From an uncultured Iamiaceae bacterium (lineage in GTDB: Bacteria > Actinomycetota > Acidimicrobiia > Acidimicrobiales > Iamiaceae): a stretch of 61,239 bases of DNA. Of the stretch, positions 59,921-61,239 are shown in pieces. The translations under genes were made by a program, and so were the position numbers. Within the stretch, counting starts at the first letter, position 1. Every line of letters starts with the position of its first letter. The notes under the pieces were generated by a model. It had not been told where the DNA came from and did not search any database. It saw nothing but the letters and a program-made list of their open reading frames with translations. The DNA lies in the NCBI GenBank assembly GCA_964624775.1, contig CAZUYW010000001.1, forward strand, positions 1-61,239, read 5' to 3'.

Positions 59921-61239
59921 TCAGGCGGTGGCGCCGTCGACGAGATCGGCGACCTCGCCCATGATGCGCGCGATCTCGAAGTCCTTGGGCGTGTACACGG
60001 CGGCCACGCCGGCGCCGAGCAGGCGGGGACGGTCGTCCTCGGGGATGATGCCCCCGGCGATGACCGGCGCGTCGACCCCTTCGGCACGCAGCAGGCGGAC
60101 GACCTCGGGCACGAGCTCGAGGTGGCTGCCCGAGAGGATCGACAGGCCGACCACGTCGACGTCCTCGTCGCGGGCGACCGCGGCGATCTGCTCGGGCGAG
60201 AGCCGGATGCCCTGGTAGATCACCTCCATGCCGGCGTCGCGTGCGGCGACGGCGATCTGCTCGGCGCCGTTGGAGTGGCCGTCGAGACCGGGCTTGGCGA
60301 CCAGGAAGCGCGGCGGTCCGCCGACACGGGCCTTGAGCCGCTCGGCCACGGCGCGCAGGCCGTCGGAGCCACCGCCGGCGCCGGACGCCGCGGCCACGCC
60401 CGTGGGGGCCCGGTACTCGCCGAACTCCTCGCGCAGGACGGCGGCCCACTCGCCGGTGGTGCCGCCGGCGTGGGCCAGGTCGATCGAGGCCGGCATGATG
60501 TTCTCGCCCGAGCGGGCCACGCGGCGCAGCTCGTCGAGGCTGCGCTTGACGGCGTCGTTGTCCCGGTTGGCCCGCCACTCGGCGAGCTCCACGACCGCCT
60601 GCTCGGCCACCGCAGGGTCGACCTTCAAGATGTTGTCGTCACCATCGAGGGGCGACGGGGCGGTCTCGGTGAAGCGGTTGACGCCCACGACGGGCAGCTC
60701 GCCCGACTCGATCTTGCGCATCCGCTCGGCGTGGCTGCGCACGAGGCGGCCCTTGAGCTCCTCGATCGCCTCGAACGCGCCGCCGAGGGCGAGGACGTCG
60801 TCGAGCTCGGCCTGGGCCTCCTCGACGAGCGCCGCCGTCTTGGCCTCGATCACCTTGGAGCCGTCGAAGATGTCGTCGTACTCGAGCAGGTCGGTCTCGA
60901 ACGCGAGCACCTGCTGGATGCGCAGGGCCCACTGCTGATCCCACGGACGGGGAAGGCCCAGGGCCTCGTTCCACGCCGGGAGCTGCAGCGAGCGGGCCCG
61001 GGCCTTCTTCGACAGGGTGACGCCGAGCGCCTCGAGCACGATGCGCTGCACGTTGTTCTCGGGCTGGGCCTCGGTGAGGCCGAGGCTGTTCACCTGCACG
61101 CCGTAACGGAAGCGACGGGCCTTCGCATCGGTGACGCCGTAGCGCTCGAGGCCGATGCGGTCCCACAGCTCGGTGAACGCGCGGAGCTTGCAGATCTCCT
61201 CGACGAAGCGGATGCCGGCGTTGACGAAGAACGAGATCG
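59921..61239 (-). CDS. meaA: B12-dependent MeaA/ethylmalonyl-CoA mutase-like protein, 5'-truncated at window end
   Basis: QVNSLGLTEAQPENN, QLPAWNEALGLPRPWDQQW, cobalamin-binding KPGLDGHSNG, GLSILSGSH. Confidence 0.9.
   Translation of the reverse strand, partial: ISFFVNAGIRFVEEICKLRAFTELWDRIGLERYGVTDAKARRFRYGVQVNSLGLTEAQPENNVQRIVLEALGVTLSKKARARSLQLPAWNEALGLPRPWDQQWALRIQQVLAFETDLLEYDDIFDGSKVIEAKTAALVEEAQAELDDVLALGGAFEAIEELKGRLVRSHAERMRKIESGELPVVGVNRFTETAPSPLDGDDNILKVDPAVAEQAVVELAEWRANRDNDAVKRSLDELRRVARSGENIMPASIDLAHAGGTTGEWAAVLREEFGEYRAPTGVAAASGAGGGSDGLRAVAERLKARVGGPPRFLVAKPGLDGHSNGAEQIAVAARDAGMEVIYQGIRLSPEQIAAVARDEDVDVVGLSILSGSHLELVPEVVRLLRAEGVDAPVIAGGIIPEDDRPRLLGAGVAAVYTPKDFEIARIMGEVADLVDGATA

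Overview
High-GC actinobacterial chromosome segment; gene content (small PurL+PurS+PurQ, BldC, LigC, F420-LLM, mycothiol-dependent MDMPI proteins, MeaA) suggests Actinomycetota, possibly Acidimicrobiia (inference). 5.3-23 kb is a dispersed de novo purine cluster (purA,D,E,B,C,S,Q,L,F,M) interrupted by unrelated genes. It is followed by an orphan ParA with a small Zn-ribbon partner, pyrE, bldC, malic enzyme, lipid and redox enzymes, a tRNA-Asp/tRNA-Phe pair with a small atypical islet downstream (GIY-YIG nuclease, unknown gene, DUF6308-like), ligC and an acyl-CoA carboxylase. A ~9 kb atypical block encodes a 1691-aa beta-helix/Fn3 surface protein, an Lcp/MpaB-type heme oxygenase and a twin-HTH LuxR-ATPase regulator. 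The window ends with a degenerate GGDEF protein and a truncated meaA. Many genes look leaderless. Best candidates for undescribed systems: the ParA plus partner carrying two ParB-like G[RK]xALF peptides, the three-gene adhesin/oxygenase/regulator block, the tRNA-Phe islet, an RGR-containing putative nucleoid protein, and a C-terminal PTYAG motif lacking a membrane anchor. No CRISPR array, rRNA, integrase or transposase was seen. All family calls are from motif recognition, not database searches.
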